Notes under the pieces: generated by a model
Database searches by the model: none
What the model saw: only the letters and a program-made list of their open reading frames with translations
What the model was told of the DNA's origin: nothing
Program-made: the position numbers and the translations under genes
Assembly (NCBI GenBank): GCA_951406725.2
Contig: OX597821.1
Span: 80,600,001-80,664,000 of the forward strand
DNA length: 64,000 bases
Source of the DNA: Octopus vulgaris
Lineage: Eukaryota
Direction: 5' to 3'
In this document: positions 41,960-54,963 of the stretch, piece by piece
How positions within the stretch are numbered: position 1 is the first letter of the stretch
Layout of the letters: each line of letters starts with the position of its first letter

Positions 41960-42592
41960 TGCCCACTAGGGGCTAAACGCAGAGGGGACAAACAAGGACA
42001 GACAAACGGATTAAATCGATTACATCGACCCTAGTGCGTAACTGGTACTTATTTAATCGACCCCGAAAGGATGAAAGGCACAGTCGACCTCGGCGGAATT
42101 TGAACTCAGAACGTAGCGGCAGACGAAATACTGCTAAGCATTTTGCCCGGCGTGCTAACGTGTCTGCGAGCTCGCCGCCTTTAATAATGATAACCCTTTC
42201 TTCTATAGGCACAAGGCCTGGCATTTGGAGGAAGGGGATAGTCGACTACATCGACTCAATACTGAACTGGTACTTGATTTATCAACCCCGAAAGGATGAA
42301 AGGCAAAGTCAACCTAGGTGGAATTTGAACTCAGAACTTAAAGCGACGGAAGAAATACCTATTTCTTTACTACCCACAAGGGGCTAAACATAGAGGGGAC
42401 AAACAAGAACAGACAAATGGATTAAGTCGATTACATCGACCCCAGTGCGTAACTGGTACTTAATTTATCGACCCCGAAAGGATGAAAGGCAAAGTCGACC
42501 TCGGCGGAATTTGAACTCAGAACGTAACGGGCAGACGAAATACGGCTACGCATTTCGCCCGACGTGCTAACGTTTCTGCCAGCTTGCCGCCT
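41960..42592 (-). mobile_element. SINE family 2 cluster (41960-42181 and dimer 42194-42592)
   Basis: Three Nin-like cores on the minus strand, lying between (AAT)n tracts. Confidence 0.88.
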
Positions 42593-42593
42593 C

Positions 42594-42662
<69 letters not shown>

Positions 42663-43071
42663 TTGACCGTAACCAGTTGAGCATGTCCCTTAGTGACTGA
42701 CGATATGTGCATCTCTGATCACGATCAGAAGTAGTGGGAGAGCATCATACCCATGTTGTGAGAGGGATTCTTTGGGGTTTGAATAATTCACCTCTGGAAA
42801 CATGGGTGGTTCTTTCAACATCCTTAAACAACCCTTATTCAGGGACCTTTTGAGCGGGATGGGCTACTCAACCTGAAGAAAATTCTGACTGGGCACCATC
42901 TGCAAGGTCATGTGCTGTTTATCTTGAAATGAGATCACCATGTCGCGCACATATGGTTGTGATGCATGTGCCTGGTGTACCCTTATCAGACGGGTAGTCA
43001 TGATGGGTATACTGGACTTCATATATTTTACCCCCAGTGTCACTTTGATCGCATGAACTGCTCTCTCACTC
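42663..43071 (+). mobile_element. TAA-associated retroposon, 5'-truncated, opposite orientation
   Basis: Reverse complement of 16462-16870. Ends ctgctctctcactc|aataataat. Confidence 0.85.
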
Positions 43072-43139
<68 letters not shown>

Positions 43140-43162
43140 TAATAATAATAATGGTGATGATT

Positions 43163-43726
43163 TCATCTATTTGCCACCCGGGCGAAGGATGAGGGGGCAA
43201 TACAAAGACAGATATAAAGTGTGTGGTGGTGGTGGTGGTGGGCTTACATATAATGAAATGATAAAATAAAATAAAGAAAAATGTAAGTATACAGGGCATA
43301 CAATGAAAAGGAAGAGACACACACATAGAATACAAAGGTTTACAAACAAACAAAAAAGTGAGGAGGGACAGAGATGTGGCCCTCCTGATACAGGAAAACC
43401 TCTAGGGATAATCGAGGAACCCCACTGTCCGAGATTTCCCTGAACACTAAGAGCAAGTACCCTCTCCAATTCCTTCTCTCCGACTCACAGGTCTACACTT
43501 TGGGAGGTACCATCCACTCCTGCCATTTTCGCAACTTTCAGTCGCCTTTCAATAAACTCACTCAAGGACAGCGCTTCCCTCTTCACTCTCAATTTCCTGT
43601 TCAAGTGTAACTCAAAGAAGTCAATGAGAGCTGTATTACAGAGGAATGTATCTCTCCTCATGCCTTTCAGCTTTGTCCACCAAACAACCTCTTTCGCCAC
43701 AGCCACCAGGCAAAGGAAAATTGCCT

Positions 43727-43728
<2 letters not shown>
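43163..43728 (-). mobile_element. L1/Tx1-clade LINE 3' fragment
   Basis: ORF end LVAVAKEVVWWTKLKG...FFELHLNRKLRVKREALSLSEFIERR resembles Tx1 ORF2 C-termini. About 320 bp 3' UTR, embedded in the AAT/ATT tract. Confidence 0.65.
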
Positions 43729-43770
<42 letters not shown>

Positions 43771-43996
43771 TTATTTCTTTACTACCCACAAGGGGCTAAA
43801 CACAGAGGGGACAAACAAGGACAGACAAAGGGATTAAGTCGATTACATCGACCCCAGTAGCGTAACTGGTACTTAATTTAATCACCCCGAAAGGATGAAA
43901 GGCAAAGTCGATCGGCGGAATTTGAACTCAGAATGTAACGGCAGACGAAATACCACTAAGCATTTCGCCCGGCGTGCTAACGGTTCTGCCAGCTCG
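43771..43996 (-). mobile_element. SINE family 2
   Basis: Head, core and linker on the minus strand. Confidence 0.85.
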
Positions 43997-44091
43997 TGCC
44001 GTCTTTCAAAATATCCGTATACCTCAAAGCATACATATTCAAATGCCGCACAAAGCTGGATCCACTCATCGATACGAATATTCAAGCACGC

Positions 44092-44160
<69 letters not shown>

Positions 44161-44185
44161 AGACACACACACTCACACACACACA

Positions 44186-44237
<52 letters not shown>

Positions 44238-44241
<4 letters not shown>

Positions 44242-44522
44242 CTTAACCCCCCCCCCCCCGATAGTGCGGCTTTTAAGCTAGCTAATGTGGAGGTCTCTTC
44301 ATTGGGCCTTGAGCCCAACAATGACGCTTCATGCACTGAATACGTATTAAATTTTATTAAACTTGAATATTTTTCAAGCAATGAACAATTTTCGTCAAAA
44401 CAATCATATAATCTGACGATTCGGGACTTATGGCAAATCTTCGGGATAAACAAGTTTTTTGTCTTCCCGTTCAGCGGTCAGTACAGTTTTTTTTTCTAAC
44501 CTCATCTCTCTCTCTTTCTCTC

Positions 44523-44553
<31 letters not shown>

Positions 44554-44975
44554 TTCTGTTGATTGTTTTTAACCATCACCATCACCAGTACCACCACTAT
44601 CGCCACCTCAACTGCCATACACACACCATTCAGACTTCTGACGCCACCACCATCAACACCTTTGACTTCGCCACGTTCCCCTCCACTACCATCACCACTG
44701 TCTTTCATTTTTCCTTTACTATCACCGTCATGCTTGACCGCCTCAGCTTCCACCATCATCACCGTCGCCTCCGCCTCTGTCACAACTACAGCTCATACTA
44801 TTACTATCACCCCATTACCATCACAACTGTCATTCTACTACTGCCCTCACCGTCTCTGTACCTACTATTACTCTCACCCCAGCAAGAGGAGTAGAAGTGT
44901 CACTGAATAGTGAGGGAGGGGGGGTCAAAGTGTGACACAATGACACACAGAAATTCGTTTGGCATTTATTATAGA
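44238..44975 (-). mobile_element. Probable non-autonomous Helitron
   Basis: Minus strand starts A|TCtataataaatgcc and ends with a GC-rich subterminal stretch plus CTAG|T. Low-complexity interior. Confidence 0.5.
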
Positions 44976-44996
44976 TGTATGTATATAGATTTCACT

Positions 44997-45254
<258 letters not shown>

Positions 45255-46255
45255 TTCTTTATTTTGTCAGAAGAGCAACAGATGAGAAGGACAGTAAATG
45301 AACAGATTGATTAATTAATTGATTGTTTAATTAATTCATTAAAGATAGTTTCTTTGGGTTTTAAAATGCTTAAATTAAATAACGCTAATTTAAACATGAA
45401 AAAAATTAAGCTTATCTGTGAAATTCAGCCAAGTTTTGTATCTGAAAGGAAGAAAATCCTTGAATCAGAAGTCATCTGGTATTTCGATTCAATTTCCAGT
45501 ATGTGCAGGAAATCAGAGCTGGTATATGGTGCCTGGCCTGTAGACGTTAACGATTAGCTCCAGGCTTTGGTTGAATAACCCAATCATCGAAGAGACAGCC
45601 GTGACCACCCCATCTTTTGGGGATGTCTTGTGTGTCCCTTCTTGTTCCAGATGGCAGCAGTTTGCTAATTCTGGCAGAGGTTAAGTGACCGTGTATTGAC
45701 TCTCTTGTCGTTGGAAAACGACGGGATGATCACCTCTGGACTGACCAAGCGCTAAAGAACAACACCAACAATAACAACAATCTCTACAACTTGCACGTTT
45801 TTAATTACCTGCACTATAGTCCCTACCATCGTTCAACTTTCACTATGTATACCACAGCCTCACAATCACTCCGCCATCCACCACAGCCTCACAATCACTC
45901 CGCCATCCACCACAGCCTCCAGCAGGTCTCCTACCTTCTCCACTGCTCCTTTCACTAGTATCACAACCTCCAACAGCATTCGCCATCACCAGCCTCCACT
46001 ACCTTCAAACATTGTCTAACAGAGCCAGGTTAAGATCCATCGAGGCCCTAAGCACTTAAAAGATTTGGGTACCCCCTCCCCCATATATATATAATTCAAA
46101 ATATAAACATTAATAAACCATAAAATTAATTTTTATTTTTCAAAATGAAACAGAATGAAACAGTAAGATGGAAAATAATGTTTATTTCTATATATTTCCA
46201 CTTGATCTATTTTTAAAAAGTTTTCTACTTCTTTTAATTACAAAATTCTTGATCA

Positions 46256-47802
46256 GGCGCAGGAGTGGCTGTGTGGTAAGTAGCTTGCTTACTTCCGGTT
46301 ACCCAGAATGCAACACTAGTTGGTCTGGAGTGTTACAGTGAGAACACGTGAGTTTTGGCTCCGTGAATAGAAAAAAAAAAGAAAAAGAAAAATTGTCAAT
46401 TATGGCTCGCTATAGCGAGCAAAAATATTGTGTTCTCATCAGCATAAGGGTGAATTGAGAATTTTGTTTGAAAATTCTTTGGTGTAGCCTTCTTTCGCCA
46501 AATAATTTGTAAATTCTAGTGGGCGTATCTCGCTAAAAAAATGTGGAATTTTACTGAACTGAAGTACTTCAAGAATAACCCCGACTATTGGATTACCTGT
46601 TGGAGTAATATACAAAGGATTCCCTGTCTGTTCTAAGGCTTCGGGCGGTGGGGGAGAGACTCCGGACAAAGGAAGAACAGAAAAAAGAAAGAAGAACGGG
46701 TCATCGCAGGGGGTGGGAGATGATGTGCCGTCTATATGTCACGAAGTTGTGCCACCCACGGGGGAAGAAACGACCCCCACCCTTAAAGATGATGAATTAA
46801 TTATCTTTTTCTACAAGGGCGGGGAGGTGGAAAAATAGTAGAACATAAAGAGACAGTAGATATGCCCTTCACAAGGGATCCCGAATGGCCTTCGCAGATA
46901 GCTGTGGAGGTCATAAGGTTTCCCTTGTGGGAAAGGCTTAAAGGATTTGGGGAGGAATGTCACATATGGCCGGGTGGCCCTTACTCGACTTACATGTCCT
47001 ACATGAGTGAGGCGTGAGAAATGGTGGGATACAGGAACTCAAGCGGCATTGAAGATAATGATGAATATATCGATGAGTAGGAGGTGAAAAAGCCTCGTTC
47101 GAGGGTTTGAAACCTCATCTTATTGTATTATTTGTAGTGGTTTATAACCTCAATTGTGTGTTTAAAAAAAACATATTAAGTAAGAGGTTTTAGTGCCTCC
47201 TTCTTGTAAGAGGTTTGAAACCTCATATCGATTTCAAAAGGAAGAGAAAATATGTTTTCGAGAAAAATCCAATCGATGGGTGTTGGGTTTCGTCTCTCAT
47301 TTATTCATTTTATTTCATTTTCATTCATTAATGTGTTTTTCCAGCCCGCAAAGCTACACAATCTTTGTACTGCCTATATGACAGATTTTATGAAATAAAG
47401 TAGCTTGCTTACCAACCACACGGTTCCGGGTTCAGTCCCACTGCGTGGTACTTTGGGCAAATGTCTTCTACTATAGCCTCGGGCCGACCGAAGCCTTGTG
47501 AGTGGATTTGGTAGACGGAAACTGAAAGAAACCCGTCGTATATATGTATATATGTTTGTGTGTGTGTTTGTGTGTTTGTGTGTCTGTGTTTGTCCCTCCA
47601 ACAACGTTTGACAACCGATGCTGGTGTGTTTGCGTCCCTGTAACTTAGCGGTTCGGCAATAGGGACCGACAGAATAAGTTCTAGGCTTACAAAGAATAAG
47701 TCCTGGGATCGATTTGCTCGACTAAAGGCGGTGCTCCAGCGTGGCCGCAGTCAAATGACTGAAAGAAGTAAAAGAGTAAAAGAGTAAGAGTAAAAGTAAG
47801 AG
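46256..47802 (+). mobile_element. SINE family 1 split by a 1.1 kb insertion
   Basis: Head at 46256-46292 resumes at 47398 and continues as a normal copy to the (gtaaaaga)n tail. Confidence 0.9.
46293..47397 (+). mobile_element. 1.1 kb retroposed element with 15-bp TSD (possible ORF1-only L1/Tx1 derivative)
   Basis: TSD aagtagcttgcttac at 46278-46292 and 47398-47412. Ends in aataaa. Contains a decayed purine-rich reading frame at about 46402-47015. Confidence 0.7.
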
Positions 47803-48019
47803 TATCAGATCCTTGCTATATCATGAACTCTTCGAAATTATATTTCCGATCATATAAACCACTTCGAATATTATTTAACCAAGGTTAAAGTGTTTTCTTT
47901 TGTGTCGTAAACCATTTACAATTTCTGTGGTGCCTCCTTTCCATTAATCTCCCAAACATGTGTTTATTTTGCTGATGGTTAATCCAGCGTTGTTGTTACA
48001 ACGTCCGACATCACAGTTC

Positions 48020-49250
48020 CTCCAGCACCACTACCACAGTCTCCACCACTGTCAATCATTTCCGTAACCTCCAGCATCACCAACATCTCCTCCGCCGCCG
48101 CCTCTCTCTCCATTACCACACAATTCTTCCACCATCAAAATTTCCTCCACTATGCACCACCTTAACCTCCAACGACGTCGACATCACCACAACCTCCAAT
48201 GAGAATCTGTATCTCCACCACTTATACAGCACAACATACCTCCATCGCGACTGCTACCACCAACAACAGCACAATTTCTTCCATCCTCTACCAATACCAC
48301 CAATACTACCAATACCACCGCGATCACGATAAGCTCTACTAACGTCTACCCTTACCGCAGTGCGCATCCACTCTCCACACTGCAACCTCCTTCATCGTTC
48401 ATCGCCCACACCATTATCGCAACCATTAATACCCCTCTTAACCTCCATTGCTATCACCTGTACCACTTTTATCACAACTAGTTCTGCCACCATACCCTCC
48501 ACCACCACCTCAAGTTTTACCACCATCATAACTAAAACCACCACCACCACCCCCACCGAAACTGCCATTACAACCAGCATCTTCGACACCATCACCAACT
48601 TCACCGGCACCACCACCACCACAAACTCCAATCCTAGCACCACCACCACCACAAACTCCAATCCCAGCACCACCACCACCAGAAAACCTCTACCACTACC
48701 AACAGCACCACTTCCACGACTATCAATACCACTACCATCACCATCACCACTACCACTACCATCGCCACAATACAACCTCCTCCACTATTACCACCACCAT
48801 CACCACCAGAAAAAACTCCACTACTACCAAACCTACCATTTCCACAACCATCACTATCACCACCACCACTTTTAGAAAACCTCCACCACTACCAATACTA
48901 CCACAACTACTACCAACACCACAACCAACAGCATCCCTACAACTAACACCACCACCAACAACAACAACAACCCAAACACGCCTCTTCCATTTTCCTCAAT
49001 GTTTATTTTCAATCCCCCAGTCACGCCTCTCGTGCGAAGTCTGGAATGTCCTTCCTGCCACGCTCACTCACCCTCTTCCCTCCCATATTGCCCTTCACGT
49101 CTCCAACACCATACCACCCCAACCCTACAGACCCCACTAGCGTCTCCACCCTACACACACTTCAGGTACACAGACATCCCTCGATTGCTACCACCTCTAT
49201 CGTTTCTACTACTTCCGCTGTCATTCACTCGCCAGATGATCAACACTTAG
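48020..49250. repeat. Degenerate (ACC/ACT)n low-complexity tract
   Basis: C/A-rich trinucleotide-like sequence with a 27-bp duplication at about 48608-48680. Confidence 0.8.
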
Positions 49251-49553
49251 AAGACTATGAGCGAGAGAACGGTGAGAGCTAAATGGCTGCTGCTCCTGCT
49301 GTTTATCCCCAGGGTAACCCTGATCGAACAGAGCTATAAACAAAGGGTCGGGGTATTCAATCTTTTTAAGCATATCTAGGAATACATTTTCCAATGTGCC
49401 TTGCTTTTTTCTTTTCTTTTATTTTTCAAGACGTAGCGTATAATTTTGAGGTATATATGGCTGTTGTTTCCAACAGATCGAGTGACCACGAAGACGTTCT
49501 CTCGTGTAACATGATCTATCTATCTATCTATCTGTCTATCGATCTGTCTATCG

Positions 49554-49595
<42 letters not shown>

Positions 49596-49648
49596 ATCTT
49601 TATCATTATCTATCTATCTATCTATCTATCTATGTATCTATCTAACAA

Positions 49649-49725
<77 letters not shown>

Positions 49726-49729
<4 letters not shown>

Positions 49730-49971
49730 AATAATTAAGATTCAGTTGAATTAGACACTTAAGTTGAAGCACCAAGTCAATCCGGTATTATCCGCACAGC
49801 GCGAAGGTGAATAAAATCAGAATAAGCAACAGGATATCAAGTAGTAATGCAGTACGACCGTTTCAAGCGATTCCATTTAATTGAACAATGCAATCATTAC
49901 AGTGCTATCTTCAGCTGCTCAAAATATAGTCGTACTGCATTACTATTTGATATCATGTTGCTTATTTTGAT
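49726..49971 (-). mobile_element. Penelope-like pseudo-LTR with fold-back and hammerhead-like core
   Basis: 43-bp inverted arms (49816-49858 / 49929-49971). The minus strand reads gcag CTGAAGA ...GAAA cgGTC gtactgc. Confidence 0.55.
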
Positions 49972-49972
49972 G

Positions 49973-50039
<67 letters not shown>

Positions 50040-50074
50040 ATTTATACACACATACACACACACAACTTCATGCA

Positions 50075-50511
50075 CCACATACAATTCTCTGGACATGACC
50101 AGAAAGATAGGGTTCGGATATACAGGAAACCTAGAAAGGGGTTAGATAATATTATATGTAATGAAACCAGTAACACCTGTTCTAGATACAGACTGGAATA
50201 GAATGCAGAGTGTTTGTGACAAAGCAAACAGGGTGAACACATGATATAAGGCCGACAAATATCAAAGCGTGATGTTTGTAAAGACCACATCCCATAGAGC
50301 GCTACCCCAAATATTTAGGAAAGCTCTAAAGGAGGCCAAACTCAACGTTAAAATCGTTAAAAAGCCAGGGAGCTCCATTAGTTCACGGTTATGTAGGACG
50401 TATCCCTTTGAGAATACCACATATACCAATGAGAACTGCATGATATGTAAGATTAACCCTGGCATTAATTGTAGAACTAGAAATGTAGTGTTTATCCATC
50501 TATATCTTTAA
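50075..50511 (+). mobile_element. Penelope-like element ORF fragment (RT-to-GIY-YIG linker)
   Basis: VKIVKKPGSSISSRLCRTYPF...CMICKINPGINCRTRNVVF matches the Cys-rich linker plus NVVY that precedes PLE GIY-YIG endonucleases. Confidence 0.72.
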
Positions 50512-51179
50512 CTATTTGTGAGAGCGTACCTATATGTGCGTGTTTGTCCGAGTGTGTGTGTGTGTGTGTACGCGTAAGAGAGAGGGGTCAGTGTGTGTGC
50601 GCGCGCGCGGTTGAGGATTGTTCTTTTACGCTAGCTGTAGTATGTACCATGTGTTTTGTGTTATGTTTTGAACATTCGTGTATTGAATGTGTTGCGTGTG
50701 TGTGTCTGTGTGGCTGCCAACCGAGCTTCTTAAATACACGGTTTCATGTGATTACTGGTCATCTTGCTTTGGCCTTCACTGGGTACTAATTACGGATACT
50801 TAGAGATTAGTACTTGTATTGTGTAACTGTTTATCATTATAATCCGATGACCTGCAGAGGTCTCTTTTGTTATTGCATCTACTGAAAGTCCTACGGCGAT
50901 GGAAGAATAGCGATATGTGCAGATTCAAGCAGTTGGAAGCGCATAGTAAATTACAAGTTCCATCAACCACCTATGATTCAAACCATGCAAATCTACAACG
51001 AGATTGACAAGTCATCTGAAAGGTCATGGATGGAAAATCAGAAATGCCATTGACAATGAGGAAGCACAAGGAGACGGCAATCATCTGTGGAGATGGAGCA
51101 ACCACCATGCATGTATGTATGTATGTATGTATGTATGTATGTATGTATGTATGTATGTATGTATGTATGTATGTATGTC

Positions 51180-51731
51180 AGGTCACTTTCGAGTGCTACT
51201 GGTAATATGTAACCCAGTACTACCTGTTGCATGGTCGGGTCGTCGGCGACTAAACCGGCAACCCCACCAAGCTCGCTTAGTGAGGAGGGTGTTTATTGGT
51301 CACCCTGAGGGATGAAAAACAAAACCCGTCAAAGGGCGGAGGAACTCTTGAGAGTCAACGGCCATCCAATAAATGTCTTAAAGCTGTATCATGCGCGGGG
51401 ACATAGAAATAATCGGATTGAATACCCGATCGCGCAGTTAAACCATTGGGAGTGAAGGACTCCTAGCCTTTGTCAGGGCATCCTTCTAGGAGAAGGCAAC
51501 TCAGGTAACTGGGATAACTCCGACATAAAACCTGCGGCTCAGTGGTTACCGATGATGTTGACTTGTTCTTCTTTTCGGATTATGGCTGCTGTTGCTTAGT
51601 GAGTGGGATTGACTCAGTGCACAGCCTTTCCACACTTAAAAAAATATCTTGTTGCACAGGCATTGCACGATAACAACATTGATTAAGCTTCGTGCAATGG
51701 CCATACTCGATAACGAGGGGGGGCAGCCACC
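51180..51731 (+). mobile_element. Probable RTE-derived non-autonomous element
   Basis: GC-rich and ORF-less. Contains tctaggagaaggcaactc (RTE 5' UTR-like) and a ccatactcg..aacgagggg.cagcc RTE-like 3' end. Confidence 0.45.
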
Positions 51732-52145
51732 ATATGTCTATGTATGCATATGCTTGTGCTTGTGTGTGCGTTTGTGTATATGTGTATATGTGTACATATG
51801 TTCTACATACCTCTATATTTATTGTTAAACTCTGCTGTGAGTTTGTAGAATGTGTACATAATACGCATGTGTGTATAAATGTTCAATGTACCTCCCTATG
51901 TGTTCTGTGTTATGCTTGAGTATGTACCAATGTTACCAGATTATGTAAATATCTGATTATGCAAGTTGCCACGCCATTTTAATTTTTACTACTTTAAATT
52001 TTGCTTTAATTTTCAAAGCTAAAAATCCAATCCTATTTAAATATATTAAATTATCGACTAAATGAATTAGAACTGAACTACATATAACTCATATATATGG
52101 TTCCATAACTTATTCATGAATATTAATTTATATTAATTGTTATTT

Positions 52146-52346
52146 AAGACGGTGATCTGGCAGAGTTGTTAGCATGTCGGGCAAAATGATTAGCGGCATT
52201 TCCTCCGCCTTTACGCTCTGGGCTCAAATTCCGCCAAGGTCGACTTTGCTTTTCACCCTTTCCGAGTGTACCAGTTTATACTGGAGGTCGATGTAATCGA
52301 CTTAACCCTCCCACAAAATTGCTGGATTCGTGCCAAAATCCGAAAC
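52146..52346 (+). mobile_element. SINE family 2
   Basis: Diverged head-core-tail. Confidence 0.8.
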
Positions 52347-52359
52347 TAATATTAATTAT

Positions 52360-52735
52360 TATTGCTTCCGCCTTAGCGAAAGCGGAGGTATTGTTTTCAG
52401 TCGTGTTTGTCTGTTAGTTTGTCCGTGGACAAGATATCTCAAGAACCGCTGGATGGATTCGAATGAAACTTAACGGATGTTTGGTCTCATGGCTGGCACG
52501 AACTGATTAACTTTTGGGATTGATCCGATACTGGACAAGGATTCTGGATTATTTTTCCTGTTTTTTTTTTTTACTTAATTTTTGAGAGTGGTCGTGTTCA
52601 TTTTTAGTATTCTCGTTTGTGAGAGCAGTTGAGTTTATTTCAGACATTCTCATTTTAAAAATCCTATCTGGCTAATCATTGAGAGGACATTGGTGTTGCC
52701 TTGGCGGAGATTTGCGCTTTCTGAATGCTCTTGTT
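52360..52735 (+). mobile_element. Non-autonomous Helentron (HINE/DINE-like)
   Basis: Subterminal inverted repeats cttccgcc / ggcggaga, 5' stem-loop tccgccttagcgaaagcggag, tgtc/tgtt microrepeat, 3' stem gcgctttctgaatgc then cttgtt. Confidence 0.72.
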
Positions 52736-52799
52736 CATTACTATTATCATATCTTTCAACGATTTACAAATCATTTCTGCTCAACGAGTATCATCTTCC

Positions 52800-53132
52800 G
52801 ATGATACTCATTGAGTACGAGACGTATAAACTCTGTCATGAATAATACTGGATTTTCCTGCTGCAAACACAGATTAATGTTCAACAACATTCTTGCTGAA
52901 CAAACTACACAAATAAGATCAAATGCTTGTGCTGTACACGAGTTTACTCCCTCCATCAAATTGACATTGTCTGCACAGGTGCACGGTGGGCCACACGTCA
53001 GGTGTCGAAGCGATCGCAACGCAATGTAAATTGAAGTGTTTTGCTCAAGAACACAACGCACATGATGGTCCCTGAATCGAAACCACCAGCTTGCGATTGT
53101 GAGTGCAACACCCTAACCACGTGGCCAGGCGT
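52800..53132 (-). mobile_element. tRNA/CORE-like SINE
   Basis: Minus strand: tggccacgtggttaggg, ggtttcgattc, ttgtgttcttgagcaaaacactt. Confidence 0.7.
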
Positions 53133-53171
53133 TCAAGTGATAAATAATACATACACACAGCTATGCATATA

Positions 53172-53237
<66 letters not shown>

Positions 53238-53243
53238 TGTGTG

Positions 53244-53300
<57 letters not shown>

Positions 53301-53599
53301 TTGTTGAAATAGAAAGATGAATTTTCTTGTAACAGATTATTCAAAGGTTTAACCGATACCTGGGTAGCAAAAATCACAGCGGAAAACAGCACGGTTGGAG
53401 ATAAAACCATTTGGTGTTGCAACCGTGCGTTGGAGCGGATAATTGAAGTTTAATATTATTAGTGAATGGAATAAATGGAGTTGAATGAAGATTGTACAGA
53501 ATACCTTTTATTACATTCTAAGGTATTCTGTACAATCTTCGTTCAACTCCATTTATTCCATTCACTAATAATATATATATACATACATATATATATATA

Positions 53600-54430
53600 T
53601 AAGCTGATGGTGTTTACCTCCACGCCAGTTCAAGTAGCAAAGTGTTTAGTCTGTCGAGGCTGAAAACAAAATCCAAGGTGCACCAGGTACTCGCCAGAGA
53701 AATGCTGTTTGCAGACCATGCAGCACTGACAGCGCCTTCTGAAGAACAAATGCAGCACTCCGTGGACAAACTCTCAAAGGCCTGTCGAGAATTCAGCCTG
53801 ACTATCAGTGTCTTTAGTACGCTGTTTATGGCAGTGAGATGTGGATCCTCTAATCTAGACAGGATCGGCATCTCAACGTCTTTCACCTTCACAATTTCAG
53901 ACGCATCATGGACATCAAATGGACCGACCACATCAGCAACACCGAAATCCTCAACTGAGTCAAGATACCCAGCATAAACATCTTGCTGCAGAAGCGTCGT
54001 TTGCGCTGCCTTGGTCATGTTCATCGCTTGTCTGACTAAAGGATCCCAAAAGACCTCCTGTATGGGGAATTGGCTACTGGCACAAGAGCACGAGGACGAC
54101 ATCATCTTCATTTCAAAGATGTCTGTAAGAGAGATATGAAGTCGCTTGATTTGGACGTCCTGAGATGGGAGGAGGTTGCAAATACTGCGAAGGGGAATGA
54201 AGAGGGGCGGAAGAAAAAGAGGTACTCGCCATCAGAGAAAAGCGCAATCGTTGGAAGGAAAAGTTAGCAGCACCGGCAGAGAGCGCCTTCAAATGCAATC
54301 GCTTTATGCATGACCACCACTCCCGTGTGGGCCTGTTCAGCCGCTACAAACGCTGCGCCTCTATGAGTAGCTGACACGATTTCTTTGGGCGCAGATCAAT
54401 GGCCTCTCGAGACCGACGGATGCTTACAAC
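53600..54430 (+). mobile_element. RTE (BovB-like) LINE, 5'-truncated and internally deleted
   Basis: EMLFADHAALTAPSEEQMQ..DKLSKACREFSLTIS, RRLRCLGHVHR, RIPKDLLYGEL, RGR...FKDVCKRDMK, decayed C2H2 finger. Confidence 0.9.
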
Positions 54431-54435
54431 TACTA

Positions 54436-54909
54436 TTACTTGAAACTCTACTCTCTCCAGCGTCGCCTTGAGCGGTACATCATTTGTACGATGTGGAGAA
54501 TATACTGCCAACTTTGCCCAAACGACCTGAACATTAGCTTCAAGGCTCATCCAAGACTGGGACCACGGGCCATACGTCCCCTGCCCAATTCAAGATCACA
54601 GCATACATGTACACTGCAACATAATTTCTTTTCCTCAACAGGCCCTGCCCTATTTAACATTGTCCCGAAAGAGATCAAAGAGGAAAAGGATCCCATCAAC
54701 TTTAAACGGAGTCTGGATAGATTCCTTCAAAGAATACCAGATAAGCCACCCATAATTGGATACAACTCACCCAACAAAAACTCACTACTTGAATGGACCA
54801 TAAACAAAACTTGACTTAAATAGGATTCAAATAATCCTATCAGGTGGTGTTATTAAGTTAGACATGGCCTGGACCAATCTTTGGTCGAAACATATCTAAG
54901 TTTTATCTA

Positions 54910-54913
<4 letters not shown>
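54436..54913 (+). mobile_element. CR1-type LINE 3' fragment
   Basis: LKLYSLQRRLERY...GPALFNIVPKEI...FKRSLDRFLQRIPDKP..GY...NSLLEW, a short 3' UTR and a tandem tatctaagttt tail. Confidence 0.85.

Positions 54914-54959
<46 letters not shown>

Positions 54960-54963
<4 letters not shown>

Noticed and set aside
48360-48875. Thr-rich mucin-like ORF (171 aa)
   Set aside because: Degenerate ACC low-complexity sequence with neighbouring stops, no ATG start and no splice support.
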